A DNA stretch of 64,000 bases, taken from contig CM075989.1 in NCBI GenBank assembly GCA_038087875.1, forward strand, positions 6,448,001 to 6,512,000. The letters are read 5' to 3'. Position 1 is the first letter of the stretch. Each line of letters opens with the position of its first letter. The notes beneath the pieces were generated by a model that had not been told where the DNA came from, made no database searches, and saw only the letters and a list, made by a program, of their open reading frames with translations. This stretch comes from Malacoraja senta. Its lineage: Eukaryota. This document shows positions 24,300 through 37,753 of the stretch, in pieces. A program made the position numbers and the translations under genes.

Positions 24300-24553
24300 A
24301 TGAAATTCACCAAGATGCAGGACAGAACACCACAGGAGATCCTTCTTCCCTGTGGCAATCAATCCGTACAACTCCTCCCCCTTCGGTCGTGGGGTAGACT
24401 GAGACCGACTCCTCCTCCCCCCCCCCCCCCCATCTTTGCACATCCCCAATCTTTTCCAATCAACACTTTAATTTCATGTTTCATGCTGTTTTTTTTTGTT
24501 TTTTTTACTGTTGGCAGCTCAATTTCCCTCCAGGGATAAATAAAGTTCGATCA
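24300..24553 (+). mobile_element. Rex1-like LINE 3' end
   Basis: CRTEHHRRSFFPVAI-type ORF end and atttccctccagggataaataaagtt tail. Confidence 0.65.
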
Positions 24554-24924
24554 TATTGAGACTGCGTTTGGTTAATTATCAAGTACTTGACTCATCCTTC
24601 ACCCACCTCCATATCCTACTCAGAGTGACACGAGGCAATGTGGAACCAATGAGGTCGATGCATCATCTCTTCAGCTCGGTGGACAGCACAAGGCAAGTTG
24701 CTACATTCTCCATGACCATGAGGGTTTCCCCAGTTACTTCCGTTTCTTCCCACATCCCAGAAATATCAGATCCCAAATTGATAGAAGAATTACATCCAAG
24801 GGACTGTTTAATTGGTCTACATACCAACAAAGGAACAATCAGTTTCTTACTTGCAGCAGCATAAGTAATTTCGCCACCGTTAATTGACCCCAGAGTTCAG
24901 CTATAGGAATAATGTAGGATTAGT

Positions 24925-25346
24925 TTAAAACAAAAGACAAAATGCTGGAGTAACCCAGCGGGTTAGACAACATCTCTGGAGAATACGGATTGATATTTTG
25001 GGTCGGGGCCCTTCTTCAGAACGCCACCTATCCATGTTCTCCAGAGATGCTGCCTGCACTGCTGGAGTGTGGACAGCACGGTGGCAGATCGGTGCGCCAG
25101 AGGACCTCTTAACCATGGGTGCTGTCTGTGCGGGAATTTGTATGTTCTCCCTGTGACCGTGTGTATTTCCCGGGTGCTCCAGTTTCCTCCCACACTTCAA
25201 AAAGTACAGGTTTGTAGGTTAATTGGCTTCGGCAGAAATTGTCCCTCGTGTATGGACTAGTTGGCTGAAGGGCCTGTTTTCCACGCTGTATCTCTAAACT
25301 AAACACTTTTTTGGTAAACCAGCAATCCGCTCAGTTCCTTGTTTCC
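24925..25346. mobile_element. Penelope fold-back with a nested HE1-like SINE (about 25070-25303, plus strand)
   Basis: aggattagt direct repeat encloses both; the SINE interrupts the right arm. Confidence 0.72.
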
Positions 25347-25898
25347 AGGATTAGTGTAACTGAGTGCTTAGTAGTTAGCATGGATCAGGGCAGGCCAAAA
25401 GGCCTGTTTTGGTGCTGTAAAAATTCTATGAAATGTCCATCAGCTTAAAGGTAACTTTAGCTAATAACTTATGCATATTGATAGCCTCTCTTCAGGGATG
25501 GCCCAAGGTGAAAAAGATGTTTCTGATAATTTTATTAGCCTCGCTGAAAACGGCATTAATTTATGATGCCTCACTAAACTAGTATTGAACGAGCTTGGTG
25601 AAATTGGTAGATTGGTTTTGAGAGGTGGAGGAACAGATAAGTTTTGTGCAGTAACCAGAGTTGAAAAGACTCAGCCAGCTAAAAGCACAGTTGGCAAAAT
25701 TGGGCGAAAGACAATTGGGAAAGGGTGGAAATCACAGAATTATAGCGAAGGAAGAGATCGCAGGAGGGAAGTAAAGACCAGTGTAAAATGAAATCAAGAA
25801 GAATAAATGCCAGACATTACCTACATTAAAAATTACAAGGGCAGCTGGTGAGCAAGAATTGGCGAAAGGAACCATGAAAATTATGGAATGACAATCAC

Positions 25899-26175
25899 AG
25901 GCGGCATAATGGCGCAGGAGCGTTACTGCGATGAAACCCAGGTTCGATCCTGACTCTGGCTGCTTGTCTGTACGGAGTTTGTACGTTCTTCCATGGGGTT
26001 TCCTTTGGGTTTTCCGGTTCCCCTCCCACACTCCAAAGACGTACAGGTTTGTAGGCTAATTGGCTTGGTATAATTGTAATTTGTCCCTAGTGTGTGTATG
26101 GGATAATCTTAATGTGCGGGATCGCTGGTCAGCGCAGACTCGGTGGGACGAAGGGCCTGTTTTCGTGCTGTAAAC
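25899..26175 (+). mobile_element. HE1-like V-SINE
   Basis: Head, core and tail. Confidence 0.88.
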
Positions 26176-27399
26176 TATTGTGCGCTGTTAATTTTCAGCT
26201 CTTTCATTTTCCATGTGTTCACGCCTCTATTCCCCCAAAATAGAAATCCCATCACCATCACAGGGCCTTGAATGCCTCAGTCGAAACAAGGTACTGTGAG
26301 GCAATATTAATATAGATATTAATGCTAGTTACTCTGACAGCAGTGAGTAAGGAGCACCGATGAACAGGGTTGGCTGCAAGTAACAATACAGGAAGCAATG
26401 TTTTACAAACACACCAAGAAAGCTAGCTTGGGCATGGAATTTTACTTGAAAAGTCCTTCCTTCCTTATCTTTATTTCAAAGGAATTGCTATTTAATAAAA
26501 CAAATTAGTGTCAGCCACAATGGCAAATTTAAACATTATTTGCCTTAGTATAATTGAAGTGCAAGATAACAACTTAAATTCTTCCCCAAACACTATCTGA
26601 AGAGGGGTCCCAACCAAAAATCACCTGTCCCATGTTCTCCAGGGATTTCTCCAGCGATAATGCCCACTACGTTACTCCAGCTGCATGACCCGTTGAGTTA
26701 CTCCAGCACTTTGCATCTTTTTTGGTAAACCAGTGTCTGCAGTTCCACGTGTCTACCTACTACCCAGCACCTCTTGTGGTAGGGCATGTTAAAGAAACAG
26801 TAGCAACAAGTCCAAGAAGACTGCTTCGCTGTATCAAGGAATATTTAACTAAAGCCACCCCAATAAAGGGTGCCTACCCAAGCAGTAACTAGCTTCCAAG
26901 GTGAAGAGGCAAAAAATAGTTTAAAACATGGTAAAATTTGGCAATTAATATTCTTCAAAAGATTACTTATTAATTAGACTACAGTTTGTCAGATAATTAA
27001 TTTGGGGCCCTCTCCCATGGAAGCCGATAAAAATGATTCACACTGTAGGTGAACGGAAGAGAACAGTGATCCTAACAGTTGTCCTGAAGAATCATTACAC
27101 CGAGGAACACATCTGGAATAAATTGTTCTCATCCTTATAAAGCACATTTTTAGAAGTATCAGAAGCTTTGGTTCTAATGTAGGAGCAGAGCTAACCACAG
27201 CCATGAGGCATAAATGAAGCTGGTTTCTCCCCTCTTCCCCCCCCCCCCCCCCAAACCCAACACAGCCCATGTTTTTCTTGTAATTAATAAAAAGCAGAAA
27301 TGCTTTCGGAATAGATTCCTGGAAGATATAAAAGCAAAGAGGTCGATAAGCAAGGATCACGTCCGTCCTTGAAGGAATTAAACACCCGACTTTAGATAT

Positions 27400-27900
27400 T
27401 AATTTGAAAATAATGAAATACAAGAAAGCTTCATAAAATGCCACAAAAGCACGTCGTGAAGGAAAAGAGCCGATTAATCCCAGTGATTCTGCTTGCCGTG
27501 ATGCAAGGCTATCGAGAATTCTCAGCTAAATTCAGCGGCTGGCTTGACAAGGGAGGCTTTGAGAGGCAGTGCTGACGTCAGTGAAGGCGAGAGCTGTGAG
27601 CAGCTCTGCTGCAGACACTCCTGTTACTACGCTGAGCGCCAATCAGTTTCCAGAGCACAACCTTTGAACTCAGCTACATCACCACCAGCTTCCTGTACTT
27701 CCTAACTACACTATGCAATGCAGTATGTCTGTCTAGTTATGCAGCGCTAAAGCAGAGCCATTTTGTCTCTCTGAAGTTGACTGCTGCCTACTAAAAGCAT
27801 TCAAAAAGACCAGCTTTATTCTGCCTTTAAACCACACGCCCCCTGCCTTCAACTTCCACACAACAGTCAAATGCATGCAGACAAGGTCCCAGCTATCCAT
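27400..27900. promoter_or_regulatory. Candidate enhancer or alternative promoter with palindromic CRE (TGACGTCA, 27573-27580) inside a C-MARE-like site TGCTGACGTCAGTG
   Basis: Motif read directly; repeat-free, CpG-retaining block. Confidence 0.4.
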
Positions 27901-30900
27901 ACAAGTTAATTTATTAGGAGAAACAGGCAGAAACCCCTTGAAGAAATGTTAAAAACATGCTTCTGATAAGTGATTTCTACCTTCATAAATGGCTGCCAAG
28001 TAAACTGACAGGATCCCAATGCAAAAACATGAAAGCACAACTATTCTGGAACAAAGAATACCTATCCCCAACCAAAGAGCGCCCAACAGAATGCATTTCC
28101 ATACTGACAATGAAATAACTCCCTGTATAATAATACTCTTACCACTTCTATCTAACAAGTCTCCCCAAAACAACATTATTTCAGAGACAAACAAAATTAA
28201 ACATTCCCATTATTGCTCCATAAACTCGATATATATACTCTACCAAAGGGAAGCAAGATTCAATTCCATTTACAACTGGAATCGGTGCAAGGAAAAACTG
28301 GTATTTTTTTGGTAAGAAATATTTTATTCCTGCCTACGTATACATATCTTTCTGTTTTAATTCTCACCCATTGCCGGGCAGTTATTTTTGGGGAAAAGGT
28401 GGTTCTGTCAAACGGTTTGACTGCAAAGAAATAGGTAATCATCCTTCATCTTCATCACCAAATCACTTGGAATTCAATTCAAATTCAACATTTAGCCATA
28501 TCACTCACGCACCCAGTAACAAAAACACAATATATGCCACATATGCACGCAAAGCCTCTATTTCTGAACCATCCAAATCATGCAACAATGATTTCAAAAA
28601 GCATACAGCACTGAATACTGTCAGAATAAGAAAATGGAAGTTGGAAAAAACCAAACCAGCAGATAATTCACAACATACATAAGTATAAAAAAGACAATGA
28701 AATCTCAAACAATTAAGTGAATTAAGTAATCATGGTGATGATAAAAACATGTTGCTATTAAGCAAACCTCTCAGATTTATGGAGGCACGTGCTCTTTGAA
28801 GGCAAGTAGCACACTTTCAGAAAACATCAATGATCTGGTTAACTTCTAAAGAGCCATGGGAATGGATAGGTTTAAAATCCCCATTATTTGATCGCCGTCG
28901 CATTCATTCATTGTACCTCGCCCGAGAGGTTGGGTGGGGTGGGATATGGGGGGATCTGGTGTTGGTGGGAGCCAATAACCCAAGTGATGTTTTGTCACAG
29001 GTGGCAGCCCAAGAGCAACATGAGCTTGGTGGGGCTTTTCTCTCTGCTGCTGTAAAGTGTGAAAATCATCAGTAGTGTTTATGGAGGGGTTATTTTTCTT
29101 CTACTGCACGAACCTTCTCCTCCTCCTTCCCCCTTCCATACAACCTAACCAATGGGCAGAAGGAGTTCCTTTCAATAGAAAATGTGCAGACTGAACAATG
29201 TCCCCAAACAAATTTGTATCCCCCTGTTGTCAGGCAATCTAGAAGTCAGCGTCCATAATATGAGATGATTTCTTCGATTTGTGTAGTCAAATATCTTGTC
29301 ATCTGATTAAGCAATCTCTACCATTAACAAATTAGGAAATTCTTGGTGAATCTACCAGCGCTTTCAACATGCAAGCAATCTTCACAACCTTGTCCTTCTC
29401 AATTGTCATGACACAAACAAAGCTCCCGTCACCTAATTTTCCACAAGTTCAATGGCATCGTGTAATGGCGATCAAGAATTTCTCCACTTACCACACATAG
29501 AGGAAAAAATATCCTTCACATTAAGTACTCTGAAGATAATGAAAGTGAGCTGGTTATGAAGACACTCATTACAACGTCACCTGCCCCAATTGAAGGCAGT
29601 GCAACACAAGCTAACTTTAAACTCATGAACCATCAACCTGTCGACAATTTCTTAAAGACTATGTAATGATGACACCAACGCCCGAGGTATGCAAGATGAT
29701 TTTATTTATATATCTTTTTAAACAAGCATCATCTGGAGGAATGCCTATACCTGCATCCGTTTTGAGGTGAGGAATTTGGCGGATACAGGAAAGCTGCATA
29801 TTGGTGAAGGTCAACTTTGGAATGCCAATACTTTGCTTCAATGGAAAACACAGATGTTCCCATTCCAAATATTGCACCATCGTGGACAAGGATCTTCCCT
29901 TCTCTGAAGCACAGCTGGAAGGAATCAATGTCTGCTTGCAGTTAATGACTTATTTGAGAATATTTGAAGATAGAATATCTTGGAGGGAACTCAATCATCC
30001 AGGTGTATGGATGGCCTGTTTCAATGGCCAATTTCCGTATTGCTGGAAAGTTTTTACAATGGGAAAAGTAAACTAAAGGATTCTCTTTCCATCAAAAAGC
30101 TGTTCCTCCCACCTCAAAGTAGAGATGACCAAGATGGATGGGTACCAATCTTTCAGGCAAACTCAGAGGACATCCAGAAATCCACAAAAGGAATTACAAT
30201 AAAGCCCATGTAAATAGGGGTAGGGGCGGCAATTCCTTGAAGGTCAATGGTTACAATGATTCAAGTCACCATGTGGACCATGTCAGTGGTCTTAGTAGGT
30301 CAAGAGCCCTATAGTGTTCCCAAGGGCAATCTTAGCATGGCAGTAATGGAAAATCAAACCTCAGGTGACCACCCAAGAGATCTGCCAAATTTGAAACTCA
30401 AAAATGGCCATGGTGGACATGTTTCACGAAAATTCGCAAAAATAAACATGTATTCACACTTAAATTGAAAACACCGAAAGTTCAATTCCATATTAATTTC
30501 TTAACAAACATCCTTTTGTAAATTATCTGTAATCCCAGTATACCTTGAGCGGGTGATGTTGATGGCAGGTAGGAAAATCTTCAATGATTGTATTAGAAAC
30601 AGTAAATAAATATCAGTTTAAAAAAATCCTTTAAAGGATGGTTAAATTAAAAAGTCTCAAATCAAAACTAAATGCAATTCAAATATTTCAATTGACAGTC
30701 ATGGAAACTGTCAGATTAATTATTTGTGTTTTAAAGATACAAATTCACAACAAAATATTCTGTATCCAGGTTAACATCTTTCCTATTAAAACAACCACCT
30801 GTAGCCAGGTGTCTGGGAGGCAACAATATCCATTGACCTGTCAAAAGTTCAACAATTAATAAAAGTTTTGTGATCTTTCAAAGTAAAGCTTCAATTTCTT

Positions 30901-31821
30901 TGAGAAATATATTTTATTTTTTGCAGTATGGATGCATCATCTACCACATGTCTTGAAAGAAACATACACAGATTATACATATAACATGAGGGGTATAAGA
31001 AGATGTGAAGTAATTAAAACAATTAAAAAAGTTAAAAAGTTTTAAAAGGATAGATTCAAGACACTAAATTATTTTCCAGAAAGACTAAAACCTTTTTAGT
31101 AGCACGGGGGCATGGATGCATGGTACAAGATGCCTTAGTATATAGTATGTACCATATTATTTCAATTCAGCAGATAGGGATACCAGCATGGTAAACGTTT
31201 CACCAAATTGTGATAAAAATTTACAAAATACCCGAAGACATAAAGTGAAATGGTATGGTGAGGATAAAAATAGAGACCCAGAAGCAACTTTCCAACAGGG
31301 ATTTCTTAATTTATCTATAAATATGAATTTTTTTTCATTCATGCAACTTTTTCTTGTATATTATTTACTACAATTTACTTCTATGGTTTACTATGGACAC
31401 CAAATCCTCAAGTTCTCAAAGCCGTCTGCATTGTCAGTAAAATGGTGCATTGCAGCAACAGCAATCACAAGGTCATCTTACTCCAGCAACATGAACGGAA
31501 AGAATATATTCGGTGAAATAATATAAAATAAACGATAAAGGAGGATCGACGGCCTTGCAATGTATTTCCATTGCTGAATATAGGCCCAAATGGCATATCA
31601 TAAGTTGGGGGAAACTGCGATCAAAAAAACAGGGTGGGGCTTTTAGGAATCTCAAGGTCATCGATTAAAGATTTGGTCGAAAGGGTGAAAAATTGCTTGA
31701 GAGATCGAGGGGAGGAAAGCATAGATAGGAAGGTAAACAATGTTCAAACCCCCAAAATAACAGGGCATGGGAAGCTGGAGAGGGAGAGACACACACACGC
31801 ACGCACATTGAGAGCTCCTAC

Positions 31822-32090
31822 CTGGAAGCATTGCTGTGCTCAGAGCCGTCGTCTTCTGGGTCTTTGCCCTGGCTGGACATGGTGTTGGGGCCAGGGGAGT
31901 TTGGGGGCTCGGTTTTGTCCTGGGCTACACGTGGATGGGTAGCGAGGGAGCTCCGTGGATCCCTGTCAAACTCGCGGCGAGCGAGCAAGTCCGCCGGATT
32001 CAGCAGCTGCCCGCTGCTCGACTTGCAAAACCCTGACGCAGCAGCCACATTGTTTAAGCACTCGATACCATTGTCGCACTCCGACAAGCT
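31822..32090 (-). CDS. Coding exon of an unidentified gene (SLSECDNGIECLNNV...NTMSSQGKDPEDDGSEHSNAS), ends phase 2
   Basis: GC-rich open frame bounded by a tttttgtgtag acceptor and a CAG/gtagga donor, inside a CpG-rich promoter region. Contains an internal accATG start. Confidence 0.65.
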
Positions 32091-32320
32091 CTACACAAAA
32101 ACAGCCCGGTTAAAAACACAGAAAAACAACAAACGAACAGGTACATTTCTCTAAAAGCCATGCCAAGAAACTGCCATGCCTGAAACTTAACGCATCAAAT
32201 AAAAAGTCACCCCGAATACACACAATTAATTTTAACTACGCAATCGCGGACTAACCTCCTTTATATTAAATATTTTATTCAAAATAAATATTTTGGCGAG
32301 TAAAATAACAGTAAACAGAC

Positions 32321-32329
32321 CTGTTCCAT
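32321..32329 (-). CDS. Possible initiating codons (Met-Glu-Gln) at the end of a 5' exon of the unidentified gene
   Basis: ATGGAACAG/gtctgt donor splices in frame to the 32090 acceptor; Kozak context is weak. Confidence 0.4.
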
Positions 32330-34165
32330 GTAGAGCTGGGCGCAAGCTAGTCCCCGCACCGTCGACTAAAAACTTAGCCAAATCGAAACCGATTCCTTTC
32401 TTTTTCTCAAAGCCTCCAAAAAGTCGAAGAGTTGGAAAAAATCATGTCTCGCTCCTTTTCCTTTTTGATCCCGGCTTTTTTAAAAAAAAAACATACACTG
32501 GGGGTGGTGGGTGGTGGAAAGGAAAAGCGCACAAAAGTCGCTCAAAAATGGAGGTGCGCCATGACTGCAAAGCTCAAAAACAACGACACCAGCTTGCCGG
32601 AAAAAGAGAGGAAAAAAAAAAATCACAAACACACAAGAGCCACAGAGGAGAAAAAAAAAAATAAGGGTGATTTAGAAAAAAATATTAACACTTGGGGGTG
32701 CTGGGGTGTCTGTGCAATCCCAGGTCTGGGGTGACTCCTGCCTGGGAGTTTTTTTTTTGCACAGAGAGGAGGCGCAGTCTGGCTTGCAGTGGTGGAAGTT
32801 GGTGAAAAGTTGCATTAGGTGTACTGGAAGTGCAGTGAATCTCACGCAACCACCGCCGCCGCCATGTAGCTTCTTCACACACAGGCGCCCGGGCTCCCTT
32901 TGATTGACAGCAACGACGCTGCGAAATAATTGCAACATTTTCCTTCCCTCCCTCCCTCCTTCCCTCCCTCCCTGGACTCAGGTGGTGGACCAAGGCTTTA
33001 GACCCACCCCTTGCCCCACAGCAGAAACACACAGACCCATTGGGGGGAGGGGAGGGAGTTGTGCATGCATGTCTTTGGACTTGTTCTCACCCCCCCTAAG
33101 GGAGACCCTTGCTCTAACCCCTCCCCCCTCCCCCCCCCAACCCCAGTTGGGGTTCTCCAAGCAAATCTCCTTTGTCGTTTCCCCTCTATTCTTCAAACAA
33201 TTAAAAGACATCCATGGTTAGGGAGAGAAAAAATAGTTCCTCCCGTGGACGGAAATGGATTTACAAGGATTATTTTCTTCATGAAGATAATATGGAGGGA
33301 GGAGGGAATGGAATTTAAACATAGGGGGAAGGGAGCTGCTTCAATTTAACTCGTGATCAAGTCACATGGAGTCCCTGTTCTCAAAGGATTGGCCATTTTT
33401 AATCAATGGTTAAGAATTCCATGTTTTACCATTGTGTTTACCCGAGAAATAATTTAGACTTTCTTCTGTTTTCTTTATGTCGCCATTTTCTCAAAATGGT
33501 TCTTTTTTTCTACTCTCCCCTCTCCAAAAATATTCCAATGAATATATCCGAGTTTCAAAATCCCAATGATGCAGGGTAAATCGGAGAGAATTGAAGCAAA
33601 GAATTCCAATCTGTTGTCCATTATTTAACACAGCAGACAGCCATTGGGTTGAAGTGCCAAAATAACCTTTATCCAACATGGTCACGTATTAAAATCCAAC
33701 ACAAGTAGAGTTTAACATGCAATGGCATGCCGAGTCCATTCACGACATTTCTAATGTCAAGACAAATCTCCAGAGAGTTAGATTTAGCTCTTAGGACTAA
33801 AGAGATATGGGGGGGGGGGGGGAGCAGGAACGGGATACTGATTTTGGATGATCAGCCATGCTCGAAGGGCCGAATGGCCTACTCCTGCACCTATTTTCTA
33901 TGTTTCTATGTAATCATGGTATAAATTGTCCTGTTGGCATAGAACAACTGTCCATGTCAACTGAGGGTGCACCTCAAATCTGGTACATCTTGAAGAATTA
34001 GAAGACATGTAGCATCTCTTAAGGCATGTAAAGACTATCCTCCTACCAATTGTATAGCAGATGGAAACCAAGCATGGACAATGAGAACTATGACCGAGGG
34101 AAAAGGCATGAAAAGCTCTCACCATGGGCACCATGGGTATCTCAACATATGTTTCCCTTTGCTGA

Positions 34166-34420
34166 GGTAGGCAAAAGTGCTGGAGAAACTCAGCGGGTGC
34201 AGCAGCATCTATGGAGCGAAGGAAATAGGCAACGTTTCGGGCCGAAACCCTTCTTCAGACTGATGGAATGTTGGGGGGGGGGGGCGGGAAGAAGAAAGGA
34301 AAAAGGAAGAGGAGCCCGAGGGCTGAGAAGGGGAGGAGACAGCAAGGGCTACCAGAAATTGGAGAATTCAATGTTTATGCCGCTAGGGTGCAGACTGCCC
34401 AAGCAGAATATGAGGTGCTG
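34166..34420 (-). mobile_element. Penelope-like 3' end (subfamily B) with GIY-YIG C-terminus, intact hammerhead motif and 15-bp TSD
   Basis: gtttccctttgctga at 34151-34165 and 34421-34435; QHLIFCLGSLHPSGINIEFSNFW; ctgaagaagggtttcggcccgaaacgtt on minus. Confidence 0.9.
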
Positions 34421-37223
34421 GTTTCCCTTTGCTGATCTGATTTGGGATTTCTCAATTTTTGCTCATTCTTCCACCATTGGCAAGTTTCTGTCAATTTGAT
34501 TTCCATTAAAAAAAAGTGGTTTAGCAGAATAATTTGATAGCATATGAAAATTCCAACCAATACTTGGTCTGCCCAATATTCAATGAAGATAATCAATGTG
34601 GTCACTTGCATTTGCAAAGTTGGATCTTTTGGAAGGGATCAACAAAGATGAATTATCTTTTCACTTCATTGGTTCTATGGAATTCCCATGGATAGCTCCT
34701 CATTACGTTCACAGACGCCATATTCTCTGAAGAATTTTCTATGGAAGCACAACTGAATATTCCAAAAAGACTTTCAAGTCATCAAGATTCCTATTTTCCA
34801 ATTTCTAAACAATTAATTATTCATGAACAGAAATTAAATGGCGCAAATTAACAACTTTTTGAATGCTACCCAATTATAAATCTCTCCAAGAACAGCCATT
34901 CCAAAATATGATCGTGGAACATTAATGGACAATTTTCAGATTGATTTTAGGTAACAGTTTGAGAGCACCAAGTTGGTTGAAAAATCCAAGTAGAAACCAC
35001 ATTTTTCAACGCAGTATTTTGCTAAATATCATAAATAATGTAGCTTAGGGTAGATACAATTGGCAAATTTTTGTTTTTGCTTATTTAGAACATTTATAAT
35101 TTTGCATGTACTAATTCCATTACATAAGCAAATCCAGAAAGCAAGTTTAAGTAGAAAATATTTTAATTTTCTCCCCATATACATTGTGCCACTCAAGGTT
35201 TGATACATCTCAAATTCAAGCCAAATTAATATAAAAGACCAGAAACACATTTCAAAATCCAATTGAGGTAAAGTCAAGCAGCAAACCAAAATGATAAGAC
35301 ATCTTCATCAAAAACCAAAAGGTTATAACATTAAATACAGTGCACTTTTGAAATAATTCTCAGCCGAATTCATTGAAATCCATCATGTCAATAACAATTA
35401 TACATTGCTTAGAGATCAGTAGCAGGATTTAGCAACATATTATTCCAATAAGTCACATGATTAATTTCTGTGCACATTACATATTCCTGCATTGCAAGAT
35501 TTAAACAAAAATGCACTTAATTGGCCAAACAATTGGGAATGCCCCGACGTTGTGAAACACTGTATACAAGTACAAGTATTTATTTTCAGGTATTAACACC
35601 CAGTAGCTTTATTGGGTTCTACCTTTTCCTTCCAATGGTGCTCATTGCATTCCCTTCCAAGAAATAAGAAACTTTAACCTACTTCAACCCCAAATTTGTT
35701 TCACAAGGCAAGTACCATGCGCAATAAACCATTCTCAAAACATTACCTACGGTGCAAGCTATTCACCCTCTTATGCCTGATCTGACATTGATTAATACCA
35801 TGGCTGGTCTTGTACCACAGCTCATTTTCCTCACTAAACCCTAGATTATGCAATTCCTCCATCATTGAAAAATCTATTGAGCTCTCTTGAATATAATCAG
35901 CAACCAAGCCTCCACAGCTTCTTGGTAGTGAATTCCAAAATTAATTCAATTTTAATTTCATACAAAACTTCCACAAAACTCAAGTTAACCTTGCAACCTC
36001 AACACATATTCATAGACAATAACACTCAATTATCTTTAATCTTACAGCAACAGAATGGAGTTGCTCTCTTTGAAATAGTACAAATTCCTAAAGATTAAAT
36101 CAATTTAATAAAATATTTGTTATACTTGGAGCAATACCATGATATATATGGGTCTTTTCAAGATGGAGGTATTTACTGTTTCATTAACTGGTGACTCAAT
36201 TTACTCTACAAATTGACTTTTTTATTTTTTTTAAGTAAAGAAAACCTATGAAATAAATTGCTCAATCAGAACTCGAGTAGTTTCGAGTTCGAAGGGATAC
36301 AAAATGTCACTCGGGTAAAAAAAAAAAAGTTTGTCACTCAAAATGCCCGAATTCAAGAATATTAATTTCAATATTCTATCTCTTATGGGGCAAACAATAC
36401 TATTGTACTTCCAAGCACAAGTTGCCAAGCATTCTACTCAAATATTTAAAAATGTATACATATACACAGAAATATGAAAAGGGCTTCGGGCAACATGCAA
36501 ATTCCAATGAAAAATGAATCTAGTCATCTTTCTCTGGAATGATCACAAACCCATAACCTCAAATGGATATTACGTGGGGTCATAACAACAATTTCACATA
36601 ATTTCCAAGTCGGCATATAGGATTTTTAGATTAAGGAAAATTAGTATTGGTTCACATTTTGTACCCAACATTTGGCAGTACTCTGCTCAAAGTCAGAGAT
36701 CCAAATAAAAACATGAATTTACCCAATTTAAGCTCAACTGAAAACTGACATTACAAGGACAAAAGCACTGAAGAACACTACAATCAGCCAGGAAGCCAGG
36801 TTGCTTGGCCAGATTGCTCCAATACATTTTTAACTTTGGTCAACAAGGATCTCATAAACTATTTCAATATTAGCACTTACAAAGATACAGACTCATCGAC
36901 TCAAGTCATTTCTATTATAACACCATTGACAACCATGTTTTGTTGGAAGGGTGAGCAGGGAGTAAGGAGCAGGAAGATGCAACAAAATAACAACAGGCTT
37001 TCTAGGCTGTAATCAGGCAACTAACAGAAAAGTCATTGGATATTGTAGATACTATCTGTACCAAAACAGGATTGAAATAGTTTTCATTTGTTCAGCTGAA
37101 AGTGCAACAACAAATTATTGGCTATTCAAATCCAATGGCTTTTCCTATACCACATGAAAAAACTAAAACATAATTTAATGCAAGGACACAAAACACAACG
37201 AATTAATGTTGAAATAAAACAGA

Positions 37224-37229
37224 TTTATT
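37224..37229 (-). terminator. CTC1: Probable CTC1 polyadenylation signal AATAAA
   Basis: AATAAA on the minus strand about 300 nt after the stop, followed by a GU-rich tract (ttgtgttttgtgt). Confidence 0.6.
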
Positions 37230-37525
37230 TTCAAAGTTATACACTGTACATTGTCAAAATAATTATTACAATTTAAATTATTCCATGTTGCATTTAATGG
37301 GGATTGTTAATTACAAATGGTAATTAAAGTATTGTTTTGTAACAACATACTGGGTAAAACCAGTCAATTTAATTCATTATAATATTCTTTTCCCTCAACG
37401 GGCTGCGATGTATCAATTATTCCACTGTTAGTAACACATTGTAAACATCGACAATCATTTCTTGATTCATGCGAGGGCTTATTTCTTAGGCTACAGCTGC
37501 ACAAGTCAATGAATTCCAGTAGCTA

Positions 37526-37668
37526 TCAGATCAGTCTATCATTTCCCAAGTGGCAAAGCATTCGATAGTCCACTTCCTTTATGTGCAAACAAGTCAAAGA
37601 CAAGCCAGGCGCCATCTTGGTGCAATACTGGTGATCTCCACTTCTCAATATCCTCATTTGAAAGGTTT
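37526..37668 (-). CDS. CTC1: CTC1 last coding exon (ETFQMRILRSGDHQYCTKMAPGLSLTCLHIKEVDYRMLCHLGNDRLI*)
   Basis: Pyrimidine tract plus aaag acceptor; phase 1 matches the upstream exon. Resembles the human C-terminus [27 protein letters not shown]. TGA at 37526-37528. Confidence 0.88.
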
Positions 37669-37753
37669 CTTTACAAGAAAGAGAAAATCTTGATGTTCAT
37701 ATGATATAGGCAATGCAATGAAAACACTTTCAAAACCATTATGACAACACATT

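Larger units (their letters stand above)
31750..33150 (-). promoter_or_regulatory. CpG-rich promoter/5' region with a PBX-PREP/MEIS decamer TGATTGACAG at 32901-32910
   Basis: Local CpG and GC enrichment, no recognised repeats, (CCG)n and (CCCT)n tracts, exact decamer motif. Confidence 0.6.

Noticed and set aside
26989..27444. 151-aa minus-strand ORF
   Set aside because: Crosses a G homopolymer, has no domain signature and no convincing splice boundaries.
31818..32087. Calling the unidentified exon PER1 or another human 17p13 neighbour of CTC1
   Set aside because: No recognisable motif match, and no PAS or other downstream exons found in the window.
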